From: Eledone cirrhosa
Lineage: Eukaryota
DNA: 64,000 bases
Reading direction: 5' to 3'
Assembly (NCBI GenBank): GCA_964016885.1
Contig: OZ024743.1
Location: forward strand, 354,888,001 to 354,952,000
Shown here one piece after another: positions 1 to 10,487 of the stretch. Numbering within the stretch: position 1 is the first letter of the stretch; the number at the start of each line of letters is the position of its first letter. The notes below the pieces were generated by a model. The model was given only the letters and a program-made list of their open reading frames with translations. It was not told the origin of the DNA and searched no databases. Both the position numbers and the translations under genes were made by a program.

Positions 1-2971
1 TCTATTATGCATCGGCTAAAGTCACCACTCACTTATGTGGAGTGAAGATGAAAAAACAAAGGAATTCGCACAATAAATCTACTTGGCAAGAGAACATCAA
101 TCGCCAAATAAACCTTCTCCGATCTGACATAGAAATTTTAACAAACTATAAAGTAGGTGAACATGTTAAACAAACTAAACTTAGAAAATTGAAAAAAAAG
201 TACAGTATAAAATCAACATGTGACATAGACATGCTGATAGAAATAATCAAGCAAAAAGTGTCGGCCAAAGCTGCTCGTATAAGGCGCTTTGAAAAACGAT
301 CTAGATTCTATAAGGACAATAATATGTTCAAAAACAACCAAAGAAACTTCTACAGCAAAATTGGTAAGTCAACAATAACTGCTAAATCAATACCACCCAA
401 GGAGGAAGTGCAAGAATTCTGGGAAAAGATCTGGGCAGAAGAAAAAGTTCATAACATACATGCCCCATGGATAGACAGACAAATGAAAGATACAGCTCAC
501 CTTGAGGAACAAACATGGGAAAATATAACAGTTGAACAGTTGCGCTTGGCTCTAAGAAAAACCAGCAAATGGAAATCCCCAGGAAAAGACAAAATACAAC
601 ACTTTTGGATAAATGCCTTCACAGAGTCTCATGAGCTGTTAGCCCAACTTTACAATGAAATAGTTAAGGAGCCAGAAAAGATACCATCATGGCTAGTTAA
701 CGGCATTACATTCCTGCTTCCGAAGAATGATGAGACAAACAATCCCAAAAATTACAGACCGATAACTTGCTTGACCACAATGTATAAAATTTTAACATCA
801 GTCCTAACTGAACACACATATGACCACCTGATAACAAATGACCTATTTCCCATTGAGCAGAAAGGGTGTAAACGAGGCTCATATGGCTGTAAGGATCAGC
901 TTCTCGTTAACAAAATGATACTGGAAGATTGTCATAATAGACACAAAAATCTATCGATTGCTTGGATAGAGTATAAAAAAGCATTCGATAGTTTGCCACA
1001 CAGTTGGATTGAAAAATGTTTAGAGATTTTCAAATATCCCCCGTTGTCAGGAGGTTTTTGTCATTCAGTATGAAGACATGGAAAACGACACTCCTTTTGA
1101 ATAGTGAAACAAAATCACTGGAAGCTGGAGAAGTTAATATTAATTGTGGAATTTTTCAGGGTGACTCTTTATCACCGCTTTTATTCTGCATCGCACTTAT
1201 ACCATTAAGTAAAATGCTCAATGAAACAAAACATGGATATAAAGTCATTGACAAAACCATTAATCACCTGTTCTACATGGATGACCTGAAACTATTTGCA
1301 AAAAATGATGAACAATTGCAAGGGCTATTATCCACTGTGGAGCAGTTCAGTGATGACATTAAAATGGAGTTTGGACTAGATAAATGCGCCAAAGCAACGT
1401 TCACCAGAAGAAAGCTGCTGAAGAGTTCAGACATTAATCTTGATCGGGGGGAACGTGATAAGAGAACTTGATCAAGAAAAAACTTACAAATATCTAGGTG
1501 TTTGTGAAGGAGACGGAATCAAGCACTCGACAATGAGGGAAAGGATAAGGAAGGAATGTTACCGCAGAGTAAGAGCATTCTTAAGAACGGAATTGAATGC
1601 AAGGAATAGGATCAATGCCATAAACACGCTTGCCATACCAGTAGTAACCTACAGTTACAATGTCATCAACTGGTCAAGCACAGAGATCCGTAGGCTCGAT
1701 ACAAAAATTCGAAAATTCTTAACCATGCACAGAATACATCACCTTAAGGCAGATATAGATAGAATATATCTCCCTAGGAAAGAAGGAGGACGTGGGTTAA
1801 TCCAGTTAGACATTGCGTTGAAAACTGCAACAATTGGATTATCTACATATCTAAGGGAATCACATGATTGGATGATCAAACTCGTTTTGAAACACGAAAG
1901 CACTAAAAGATCATATTCCATTACAAAAGATGCACAAAGATACAGTAATGGACTACAAATTTCAGAAGTCCCATTTACTGCTGAAATGGAAAACACAGAA
2001 AAAGCAAAGCAGGTAAAAGTAACTGCAAAGAAAGAACTGCTACAGAAACTGGCTAAGAAATGGCAAGAAAAGCCTCTGTATGGAAAATACCCAGAGCGAG
2101 CTAACAATCCTGATGTTGACAAAACTTTAACCCATCAGTGGTTGGCATCCTCTGGACTGAAATCGGAGACTGAGGGACTGATTATATCGGCACAAGATCA
2201 GTGTCTGCCAACAAAAAATTACCAAGCCAACATAATAAAAAATTGGGTGCAGCCCATTATGCCGTATATGCAAAAAACAACCAGAGACCATTGACCATAT
2301 AATTTCAATGTGCAGTCCTATAGCTCCAACTGAATACCTAAACAGGCATGACAGAGCTGCACAATACATACATTGGATAATGTGTAAGCATTTTGACCTG
2401 CCCCATCAAAAGAATTGGTAGGAACATCAACCAGCTCCCATACTTGAAAAAGATCACATCTCATTCTTGTGGAACTTTAGCATCCAAACAGACCGAAAAA
2501 TAGATGAAAATAGACCTGATATAATATTGAAGGACTTTAAAAAGAGTGTATGCCTGCTAATTGATATGTCTGTTCCAATAGACAAGAATGTATCTATAAA
2601 AACATTTGAAAAATTGAGCAAGTATAAGGACCTGGAGATAGAAATTGGAAAAATGTGGAAATTGAGAACTAAAACAATACCAGTGGTTGTAGGCGCTCTG
2701 GGAATGATACCTAAGGGGTCTAATGACTACTTATCGCAAATCCCAGGAAACCCGCGTATATGAGAAATACAAAAGATAGTACTAATGGGAACTGCCCATA
2801 TACTAAGGAAGATTCTGTCAATATAAGTACATCATAAGTCTAAACACTAAAGATGCATGTGTGAATATGTATGTTCTTTCTTGAACATGGCGGACCTTGT
2901 TGTCTCTTGAGGTCACTGGTTGTGACTTGGTGATAACTCGTATGAACATAAAGCAAGATAAATGCAACTGC
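1..2971 (+). mobile_element. R4/Dong-like RLE non-LTR retrotransposon, family A (decayed; 5' end outside window)
   Basis: Consecutive frameshifted ORFs 42-2763 carry RT motifs ([41 protein letters not shown]) and an RLE region (RHD, RPDI..D, KLSKYKDL); ~145 nt 3'UTR ends at (AAT)n. Dong-type R4 elements are known to target TAA repeats. Confidence 0.9.
42..2826 (+). pseudogene. RT + restriction-like endonuclease polyprotein of family A, disrupted
   Basis: Frame changes near 1040, 1450 and 2250; in-frame stops near 2418 and 2761; natural stop at 2824-2826 by comparison with the intact C-terminus at 50126-50644. Confidence 0.85.

Positions 2972-3028
<57 letters not shown>
2972..3028. repeat. 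(AAT)19 microsatellite between two R4/Dong copies
   Basis: Read directly from the sequence. Confidence 0.97.
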
Positions 3029-3600
3029 TATGGCTGGAGACATGATGTGATGGGCAGGGTGATCCACTGGCACCTATGCAAAGTAAACAATTTACCACAT
3101 TCTGAGAAATGGTATGAGCATAAGCCAGAGTCAGTGATATAAAACGAACAGGTGAAGGTGCTGTGGGATTTTAGGATACAGACGGACAAGAAACTGGAAC
3201 AAAATAGACCTGACCCGGTGGTTTTGGACAAGGAAAAAAGATCGTGCCTGATTGTGGATGTGGCCTTCCTATTCGACACGAGAGTGCAAGAGAAGAAGAG
3301 GGAGAAAATTAACCGATACCAGGACTTAAAGTGGGAGGTAAAAAAGATTTGGAACGGCCATTATGTCAAAGTGGTCCCGATTGTCATAGGCGCACAAGGT
3401 ACTATCTCAAAAAGTTTCCAGAGATGGTTAAAGAAAATTGGCTCCGCCACGCTTTTTGGAACGCTTCAAAAGGCATACTTGCTGGAAACAGCAAGAACCC
3501 ACCGATACATCCTGAATATCTGAGGCTGCAGGTAGTGGCTTGATATTCATTTCAACCAACATTCCAGTTAACTAACATCAATGACTGAGACTCAAAAACT
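3029..3600 (+). mobile_element. R4/Dong-like family B, 5'-truncated (RLE domain + 3'UTR)
   Basis: GWRHD..LWDFRIQTD..RPD..RYILNI matches the C-terminus of ORF 52089-53270; (AAT)n on both sides. Confidence 0.9.
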
Positions 3601-3617
3601 ATAATAATAATAATAAT

Positions 3618-4609
3618 TCGTGCCGATTGTGGATGCGGCCTGCCCATTCGACACGAGAGTGCAAGAGAAGGAGAGGGAGAAAATTAGTAAGGAGCCAATG
3701 CTCAGAGTTGTACTGAAGGACAATAGACCAGGGGATGTCCAAGGAGGAAATAACAACAAGGAGAAAGAGCAACCTTCATGAAAAATCCCTTCATAGTGCT
3801 TTCTTTGAGAAAACTGAATTTAGAGATCCATAGAAATGCAACTGGTTGAAAAGAGGAGACCTTAAAAAGGCTACAGAAGGAATGCTAATGGCTGCGCAAG
3901 AGCAGGCCCTCAAAACGAAGTGGTTGAAACACCATATTTAGAAGGGGGAGGCTAGCCCACTGTGCAGGATCTGTGGAGAGAGAGAAGACTGTGGCTCACA
4001 TTGTATCCGAGTGTAAACACCTAGCCCAGACTCACTATAAAGACTGGAGACATGATGTGATGTGCAGAGTGATACACTGGCACCTATGCAAAGTAAACAA
4101 TTTACCACATTCTGAGAAGTCATATGAGCATAAGCCAGAGTCGGTGATTGAAAACGATCAGGTGAAGGTGCTGTGGGATTTTAGGATACAGACGGACAAG
4201 AAACTGGAACACAATAGACCTGACCTGGTGGTTTGGACAAGGGAAAAAGGTCGTGCCTGATTGTGGATGTAGCCTGCCCATTTGACACGAGAGTGCAAGA
4301 GAAGGAGAGGGAGAAAATTAACGGATACCAGGACTTAAAGTGGGAGGTAAAAAGGATTTGGAACTGCCATGAAGTCAAACAGGTCCCGATTGTCATAGGC
4401 GCATTAGGTACTATCTCAAAGAGTTTCCAAGGATGGTTAACGAAAATTGGTCCCGCCCCGCTTTTTGGAACACTTCGAAAGGCATGCTTGCTGGGAACGG
4501 CAAGAACCCTCCGATACGTCCTGAATATCTGAGGCTGCAGGTAGTGGCTTGATATTCATTTCAACAAACTTTCCAGTTAAATAACATCAATGGCTGAGAC
4601 TCAAAGAAC
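3618..4609 (+). mobile_element. R4/Dong-like family B, 5'-truncated and rearranged
   Basis: 3618-3686 is a short RLE-region piece joined out of order to a ~920 bp 3' portion (CCHC knuckle, RLE, 3'UTR); flanked by (AAT)n. Confidence 0.88.

Positions 4610-4669
<60 letters not shown>
4610..4669. repeat. (AAT)20 microsatellite; tail-to-tail junction of Dong-B and Tx1 copy 1
   Basis: Read directly from the sequence. Confidence 0.97.
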
Positions 4670-4671
<2 letters not shown>

Positions 4672-4932
4672 TTTCTTTATTAACCACAAGGGTTTACATA
4701 AAGTAGACATTAAGGACAGTGCAGGACAATGCAGGACGGTACAAATGGGCATTTCTGCGTGTAAAAAAAACAAAAATAGAGGATGTAACAAAAATAACAA
4801 TGAAAATAACAATGAAAAATTCCCCAATAGGGGGGAGACTTCGGAGGGACATTTGTGGAGAAAGCCCAGTAAAAAGCCACAATGACCCTGACCACCAAGG
4901 CAAGTGCCCTCTCCCAGTTTTCCACCTTTAGT

Positions 4933-7900
4933 TTACAGATATATACTCAGAGTCGGCCCATTCACTCGGGCCATTCTTGCTTCTCTCACCCATCTTACAA
5001 CAAAATGCTGGGAAGAGAGCACTTCCTTCTCTACTCTGATTTTCCTTTTCAAATGAAATTTGAAAAAGTCAATCAGAGCATCACCGAAGAGGTAAGTGCT
5101 CGTCTTCAGCCCTTTCAAACGTGTCCACCATACTATCTCTTTCGCCATGGCCACCAGACAGATAAAAACTGCCTGCCCTTCCCGGCTAAAGGAGGAGGGC
5201 GGGGCAATCCTCACGATAGACTCAGATGATAGCTGGATCCGTCCTAAACGCGACAGCAGGTGTTCGACATAAACCCACAAGTCAGCAATTTTCGGACACT
5301 GGACGAGTGCGTGCAGGACGGTTTCGTCGCCCTGCGCGCATCTCGGACATGCCCGGCTGACGGCACCTCCATGCCTGTAGAGTTTATCCCGAACTGGCAA
5401 GGCTCCTCGGTAGCACTGCCAGGCCAGAGATTTCTGGAAGTTGTCCATAGGCCCTGGCCCGAAGGTTCTTCCGAAGAGATTGGCTAGTTGATTTTCGTCG
5501 ACGCCTAGAGTTTCCCCAAGTACGTCGTCGCTCTTCCCCTCCACTAATCCTCTATAGAACGCCGAGGTGGAGTTTCCACCGATCACATTGCCCGATTGGT
5601 CGAGGGCTGTGAGCGCCTGAAGACATTCCAGTCTCCAGGCGCTCCCTCTCGGTCTTCGCTTGACCCAGGACTGCAGCTCCGTCAAGGAAACGAGCTGGGG
5701 AAAAACGCGTCTAGCAAACGGCGACCACACCTGATCACCGTCGAGGAAGAGGTGGAGATGTCGTAGCCTGAGCGCGTGCCTGCGCATCATCAGCCACGGC
5801 ATGCCCAGCCCTCCACGTAGCGGGTGTTGACAACAGATGGACCGCCTGACCATCGGAGCACGTCCCTTCCACAAAAAGCGAAAGAGCAAACGCTCCAGCG
5901 CAGTCAGGCGAGGCTTAGGACAAGGTACGACGGTTAGGCGGTAGCAGATGACAGACGCGATGTACGCGTTAGCCACCTCCGCTCGACCTTTCAGGGATAG
6001 CTTCCTCTCCGCCCATTTCTGGGTGAGAGAAGCCACCCTGCTCGTCACCTCGTCCCAGTTTTTGTCCGTCTGGAGGTCCGGACCGAACCAGACCCCTAGC
6101 AATTTAACCGGTCCGTCCGTCCAGCGCCCGACGACGCTGTTGGACGGCATGGACCTGCCTCTCCAGGTGCCGAGCTGCAGGCCCACTGACTTTTCCTGGT
6201 TGATCATTGCTCCTGTCACCGCTTCGTATTCTCTTAGTGTAGTGCCGATCGCCTCGATGTGTTTGGCGTTCGACACCACTACGGTGACATCGTCCGCATA
6301 TGCTGACACGGATCTTCCGCATCCTAGTTCGCGCGGGACTCCCCTCAACGTCTCCAGTTTGTGCAGTAATGGCTCGAGAGTCAATACGTACAAGAGGGAC
6401 GAGAGGGGACATCCTTGGCGGACCGAGCGCATGATGTTGAACGGTTCCGACAGGTGACCGTTCACTCTCACCACAGAGCAGATGTCGCTGTGCATGGCAG
6501 CGATCCAGCCTCTGAAGACGGGCCCAAAGCCAGCCGCCCTCAGGACTGCCGCTAGGTAACGATGGTCGACCCTATCGAAAGCTTTCGACTGATCTAAATT
6601 GATCAAGGACCCACCCGTGCCAGGTTCCCTAGCTACCCTCTCTACGATGTATCGCATGAGGTGGAGGTTGTCGTGGATGGATCTGTCGGGAATGGCGCAT
6701 GTCTGCGCCTCTCCCACCAGACCACCAACGACAAGCGCCAACCTCTTTGCTAGCACCTTGGCCAAAATCTTAAACTCTGTGTTTAGCAGAGTTATGGGCC
6801 GGAAATTGTCTATGTTATCCCCCTTGTTCGGATCCTTTCTCAGCAGTGCCACCGCTCCTCGGCTCACAGAACTGGGAATTCTCCCGTTCTGTTGCCAGTT
6901 GCAGTAGACGTCCGCCAAGAGGCCTCCGAACAAGTCTGGCATCTGTACGTAAAGTTCATAGGGCAGACCATCCAAACCAGGCGATTTACCCCTTGTGCAG
7001 CCAGTCATTGCCTCCCTTACTTCAGCGGCTGTTATCGGCTTTTCGCAACACTTCGCCTCAGTGGCCGAGAGCCGCGGCAGTCCGTCGAGGTAGACACTAA
7101 AGTCCATCCCTCTACCCGGCCCCCCGCTGCCCCCGAACAGCTGAGCGAAGTGTCGCTGAAAAGCTTCACACATTTGCCCGGGATCGAGTAGCATGCGCCC
7201 GTCGTGGTCCACCAAAGACCGGATCGTGGCTTTGTTGCCACGACGCGCCTCCGCCACTCGGGCCCATTGAACGGCTTTCGTCCCCTCGTGTCTGAGAGCA
7301 CGCACCCTAGCTCTGACAACGCAGCCTTCGTGCTTTGCATTGAAGAATTGGTCAAGGGCCAATTTCGCCGCAAGCACGTCGGTCGCAATGCCTTTGCTAA
7401 GCGCCTCGTCTAATTTTCTAACTAGTTCTCCCTCTGCTCTATTTTTCTCTATTGCTAAAGCCTTACTAAACCTAATCGATTCTATTCTAATCGCTCTTTT
7501 CAGAGCAAACCACCACTTGTTGTTGACGATGGCCCCCGTCAACGCCCGCTTAACTAGTTCGCTAATCCGGTCTCTGTAGGCCTTGCGCGCTGGTAAGGAC
7601 GCGTTTAGCTTCCAGTAGCCGGGTCCTCGTCTATGAAGCCTATCTAAGTCAAGCACACAGATCACGAATTTGTGGTCCGTGTAGCTGACTATCTTGAATT
7701 GTGGACAGCCTATGCTAGACCTATCTATTTCCCTACAAAATACTCTATCTAGATATGATCTGGATGACCCTATGCGGTTTGTCCAAGTCCACATTGGCAC
7801 ATTCGGGAAATCCAATCGGTACCTGTCAGACAGTTCAAAACGCCTGAGCAGGTTGGTGAGGCTCTTGCACCCTCCACCCCTATCCGCTAATCCCACACAG

Positions 7901-8352
7901 TCCCAGCGTGCATCTAAGATCCCGTTCCAGTCGCCCACTAACACTAAAGAGCGCGACGTTCCAAGAAAGGTCTCCAGACGCCGGAAGAAATCAGGCCGCC
8001 CTGCTCCTGTCGGGGCATAGACGGCCACTAGCCTGAAAGCTTGCCCGTCTCCGCTGGTCACGTCCAGCACCACCAGCTTACCCTCTGGGTCCAGGAAGAT
8101 GGCCCGTATGGCGAGATCCAAACCTCTCCGAAAAAGCACAGCAACTCCTCCACCCGATCCAGGACGGCTGGGAGATGCGTACACATCGTAGCCGCCGAAG
8201 ATCGGTGCGAAGGCCCGTGCTTCGGAGATTCTGGTCTCGCTGATGGCCACTACATCTATGTTTAGTGACCTGAGGTCGTTGAGCAGGTGACCCTGCTTCC
8301 ATGACGACCCCAAGCCACGCGCATTTATGCTGCCTATTCTGAGTGAGGTCAT
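4933..8352 (-). CDS. LINE ORF2: APE endonuclease + reverse transcriptase + C-terminal CCHC zinc finger (1139 aa)
   Basis: SINARG, ISET, VYAP, GDWN, LDR, TDH (APE); GYWKLN linker typical of L1/Tx1; KSPGLDG, NFRPITLL, DQSKAFD, VRQGCPLS, YADD (RT); CPRC..ETVLHALVQC. Confidence 0.95.
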   Translation of the reverse strand: MTSLRIGSINARGLGSSWKQGHLLNDLRSLNIDVVAISETRISEARAFAPIFGGYDVYASPSRPGSGGGVAVLFRRGLDLAIRAIFLDPEGKLVVLDVTSGDGQAFRLVAVYAPTGAGRPDFFRRLETFLGTSRSLVLVGDWNGILDARWDCVGLADRGGGCKSLTNLLRRFELSDRYRLDFPNVPMWTWTNRIGSSRSYLDRVFCREIDRSSIGCPQFKIVSYTDHKFVICVLDLDRLHRRGPGYWKLNASLPARKAYRDRISELVKRALTGAIVNNKWWFALKRAIRIESIRFSKALAIEKNRAEGELVRKLDEALSKGIATDVLAAKLALDQFFNAKHEGCVVRARVRALRHEGTKAVQWARVAEARRGNKATIRSLVDHDGRMLLDPGQMCEAFQRHFAQLFGGSGGPGRGMDFSVYLDGLPRLSATEAKCCEKPITAAEVREAMTGCTRGKSPGLDGLPYELYVQMPDLFGGLLADVYCNWQQNGRIPSSVSRGAVALLRKDPNKGDNIDNFRPITLLNTEFKILAKVLAKRLALVVGGLVGEAQTCAIPDRSIHDNLHLMRYIVERVAREPGTGGSLINLDQSKAFDRVDHRYLAAVLRAAGFGPVFRGWIAAMHSDICSVVRVNGHLSEPFNIMRSVRQGCPLSSLLYVLTLEPLLHKLETLRGVPRELGCGRSVSAYADDVTVVVSNAKHIEAIGTTLREYEAVTGAMINQEKSVGLQLGTWRGRSMPSNSVVGRWTDGPVKLLGVWFGPDLQTDKNWDEVTSRVASLTQKWAERKLSLKGRAEVANAYIASVICYRLTVVPCPKPRLTALERLLFRFLWKGRAPMVRRSICCQHPLRGGLGMPWLMMRRHALRLRHLHLFLDGDQVWSPFARRVFPQLVSLTELQSWVKRRPRGSAWRLECLQALTALDQSGNVIGGNSTSAFYRGLVEGKSDDVLGETLGVDENQLANLFGRTFGPGPMDNFQKSLAWQCYRGALPVRDKLYRHGGAVSRACPRCAQGDETVLHALVQCPKIADLWVYVEHLLSRLGRIQLSSESIVRIAPPSSFSREGQAVFICLVAMAKEIVWWTRLKGLKTSTYLFGDALIDFFKFHLKRKIRVEKEVLSSQHFVVRWVREARMARVNGPTLSIYL

Positions 8353-8387
8353 GTTTAAAATAGAGTGGAAAAGATGGGAAAGACCAC

Positions 8388-10487
8388 TTACCGTATTTTT
8401 GGTAGAGGAGGGATGGTTTTTACATCCCTTTTCACTTGATCGTCTGGTGAAGGGACCGTTGAATCGTCCCTTCGGCTGGTCGTCGGCTCTTCTAAGAGAA
8501 TGTCTGAATATACTCTTCGATTAATGGTTCCTCCTAGGTCCCTGAAATCACCAACTGCGTTGGGGAATTTCGTTTTAATGTTTGTGTATTGTTTCTGTGC
8601 TATTTTTAGCAGTCTTATGTTAGTTGGCGTTTTGATTGGTGCTGGTATTATGTAGTCCTGTTGTGAAATGTCTGTGTGTTCAATTATGTAAGTCATTAGT
8701 TTCTTGTTGTGTGTGTTTATTGCCGTGCATTTGTTTTTCTGGGGGTGGGGTGTGGTTCTGCTATTTTCTTGTCGTTGTTGCTGGGTGTGTGTGTTTTGTT
8801 GTTGTGTTTGCGATGTTGGTGCTTGTGGTGGTGGTGTTGAAGGTGTTGTTGGCGGTGGGGTTGTCGCCGGTGGTGATGGTGGTGCTGGTGTGGGTGGTGA
8901 TGGTGTTGGTGGTGTTGCTGCTGTGGGTCTCTTTGCAGTAGACTTTACCCTTTTCTCATTTCTTTCCTCCCTTTTCAAAGGCGACGATGCGCTGCTTCTG
9001 CGTTTGTGCCTTCTTGAGACCTTTTGCCATCCCTCTCCCACCTCACACTCCATGTCTGATTCTGTAAGGTCGGGGAGGGGTACCAGCTCCACTCTTTCAC
9101 TTGTTGTTGTTGGTGATGTTTGCACTGGAGTCTCTGTTGCAGCTGCATTTGGTATTGCTGTTGTTGTTGTTAATATTTCCACTGCTGCTGCTGTCTTTGA
9201 TTTCCGTGGAGTGGGTATGGGTGCCACGGACCTATCGTTCCTGGTTGCCGCTTGTCCTGTTGCTGGTAGCCGTGGAACCGGATTCGGGAGGAGGGGGGTT
9301 TTCTCCTTTCTCAGGGTCTTCTCGTTGCAGAAGGCCCTGAGGTGAGTCTTCGATCCACAGCGAAAGCATTTCGGGCGTTTGCCCTCAACACTTATGGGCA
9401 GTTGAGTGCCGTTATCGAAGTCTATCACATCCGGGATAGCTTCGATGCACTCCTGGTTGGTTTGTATTAGCATCTCAATGGAGGAGCCGACCCAATCTTC
9501 TCTTACTTTTTTCTGTACTTGCAGTACAGTTGTTTTGTCCTCGATTCCGACGAGGACAGACGCGGCCAGCCAAGAAGGGGTCATTCCGGGGGGGACGTGG
9601 GTCAGTTTGACCCTCACAATTTTTTGCCCGCAGTAGGAGGGCACCAACACCATTTCCTCGCTCCTTAGGGTCACTACTGATTGGGCCTTTGCCTCCTGGG
9701 GTGTGGCAAAAAGTACGTCTACGGTGGCGTATTTTTTGCCTCGGGTGATGTGCGTTTTCCTCTGCCACACAGACCCCAAGGCTTTTTGTATTTGGGCCTC
9801 TGTGGCTCTTTCCACCCTACGGGATTTTGTACTTACTGTACGGTACGTGACCGTACAGTGCTCTTGGGTTTCGAAAAAATTTTTCGCTGCCTTGCAGATT
9901 GCTCGGTGTCCGTTCTTTGTCACCATCTTCTTCGCTTCCTCTAATTCCTCATTTGTTATGAGGATTGTTTCCAGGTTTTTCGCAATACCTGCAAATGAGA
10001 TTGGTTTTTCTCTGCTGTTGTTGTTGTCGTCAGAGCTGCTGGTACTTTTGTTGTTGCTGCAGGTACTACGACTACTGCCTCCGCCGCTGTTGCTGTGGTT
10101 GTTGTTGGTGTTGCTGCTGCTAATGGTGTTGTTGTTTATGCTGCTGGTGATGCTGTTGCGGCTGCTACTGTTGTTTTCATTGTCACTGTTGCTGTTGTTA
10201 TTACGGCTGCTACTGCTATTATTCCTGACGTCAGACGAATGAACTGGGTTTTCGTATTTCCCGCACACCTGTTTCGTCGCTGTCGTCGTCGTCGTGGAGA
10301 AACCTTGCACGCTTTGCACGAGACTTTTCTTTTCTTTCGTCGCTTGCGAAAGAGAAGGTAGGGAGAGAGACACATTTAAAGAAGGGAGGGAGAGAGACAA
10401 TCTTCTCTCTCCTGTAGTGATGATTGAGGAAGAAGAAGACGGAATGAGTGGGAGTGACGTATGAAATTTTTTTTTTTTGGTAGCCAT
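8388..10487 (-). CDS. LINE ORF1: gag-like nucleic-acid-binding protein with one CCHC knuckle (699 aa from ATG)
   Basis: CFRCGSKTHLRAFC knuckle; Asn/Ser- and Pro/Thr-rich low-complexity tracts; first ATG (MATKKKK) at 10487, whereas the track start at 10520 is a non-ATG codon. Confidence 0.88.
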   Translation of the reverse strand: MATKKKKFHTSLPLIPSSSSSIITTGERRLSLSLPSLNVSLSLPSLSQATKEKKSLVQSVQGFSTTTTTATKQVCGKYENPVHSSDVRNNSSSSRNNNSNSDNENNSSSRNSITSSINNNTISSSNTNNNHSNSGGGSSRSTCSNNKSTSSSDDNNNSREKPISFAGIAKNLETILITNEELEEAKKMVTKNGHRAICKAAKNFFETQEHCTVTYRTVSTKSRRVERATEAQIQKALGSVWQRKTHITRGKKYATVDVLFATPQEAKAQSVVTLRSEEMVLVPSYCGQKIVRVKLTHVPPGMTPSWLAASVLVGIEDKTTVLQVQKKVREDWVGSSIEMLIQTNQECIEAIPDVIDFDNGTQLPISVEGKRPKCFRCGSKTHLRAFCNEKTLRKEKTPLLPNPVPRLPATGQAATRNDRSVAPIPTPRKSKTAAAVEILTTTTAIPNAAATETPVQTSPTTTSERVELVPLPDLTESDMECEVGEGWQKVSRRHKRRSSASSPLKREERNEKRVKSTAKRPTAATPPTPSPPTPAPPSPPATTPPPTTPSTPPPQAPTSQTQQQNTHTQQQRQENSRTTPHPQKNKCTAINTHNKKLMTYIIEHTDISQQDYIIPAPIKTPTNIRLLKIAQKQYTNIKTKFPNAVGDFRDLGGTINRRVYSDILLEEPTTSRRDDSTVPSPDDQVKRDVKTIPPLPKIR

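Noticed and set aside
5260-10361. Many plus-strand ORFs antisense to the Tx1 ORFs, repeated in each copy
   Set aside because: Shadow frames of GC-rich coding or trinucleotide low-complexity sequence; recurrence only reflects copy identity.
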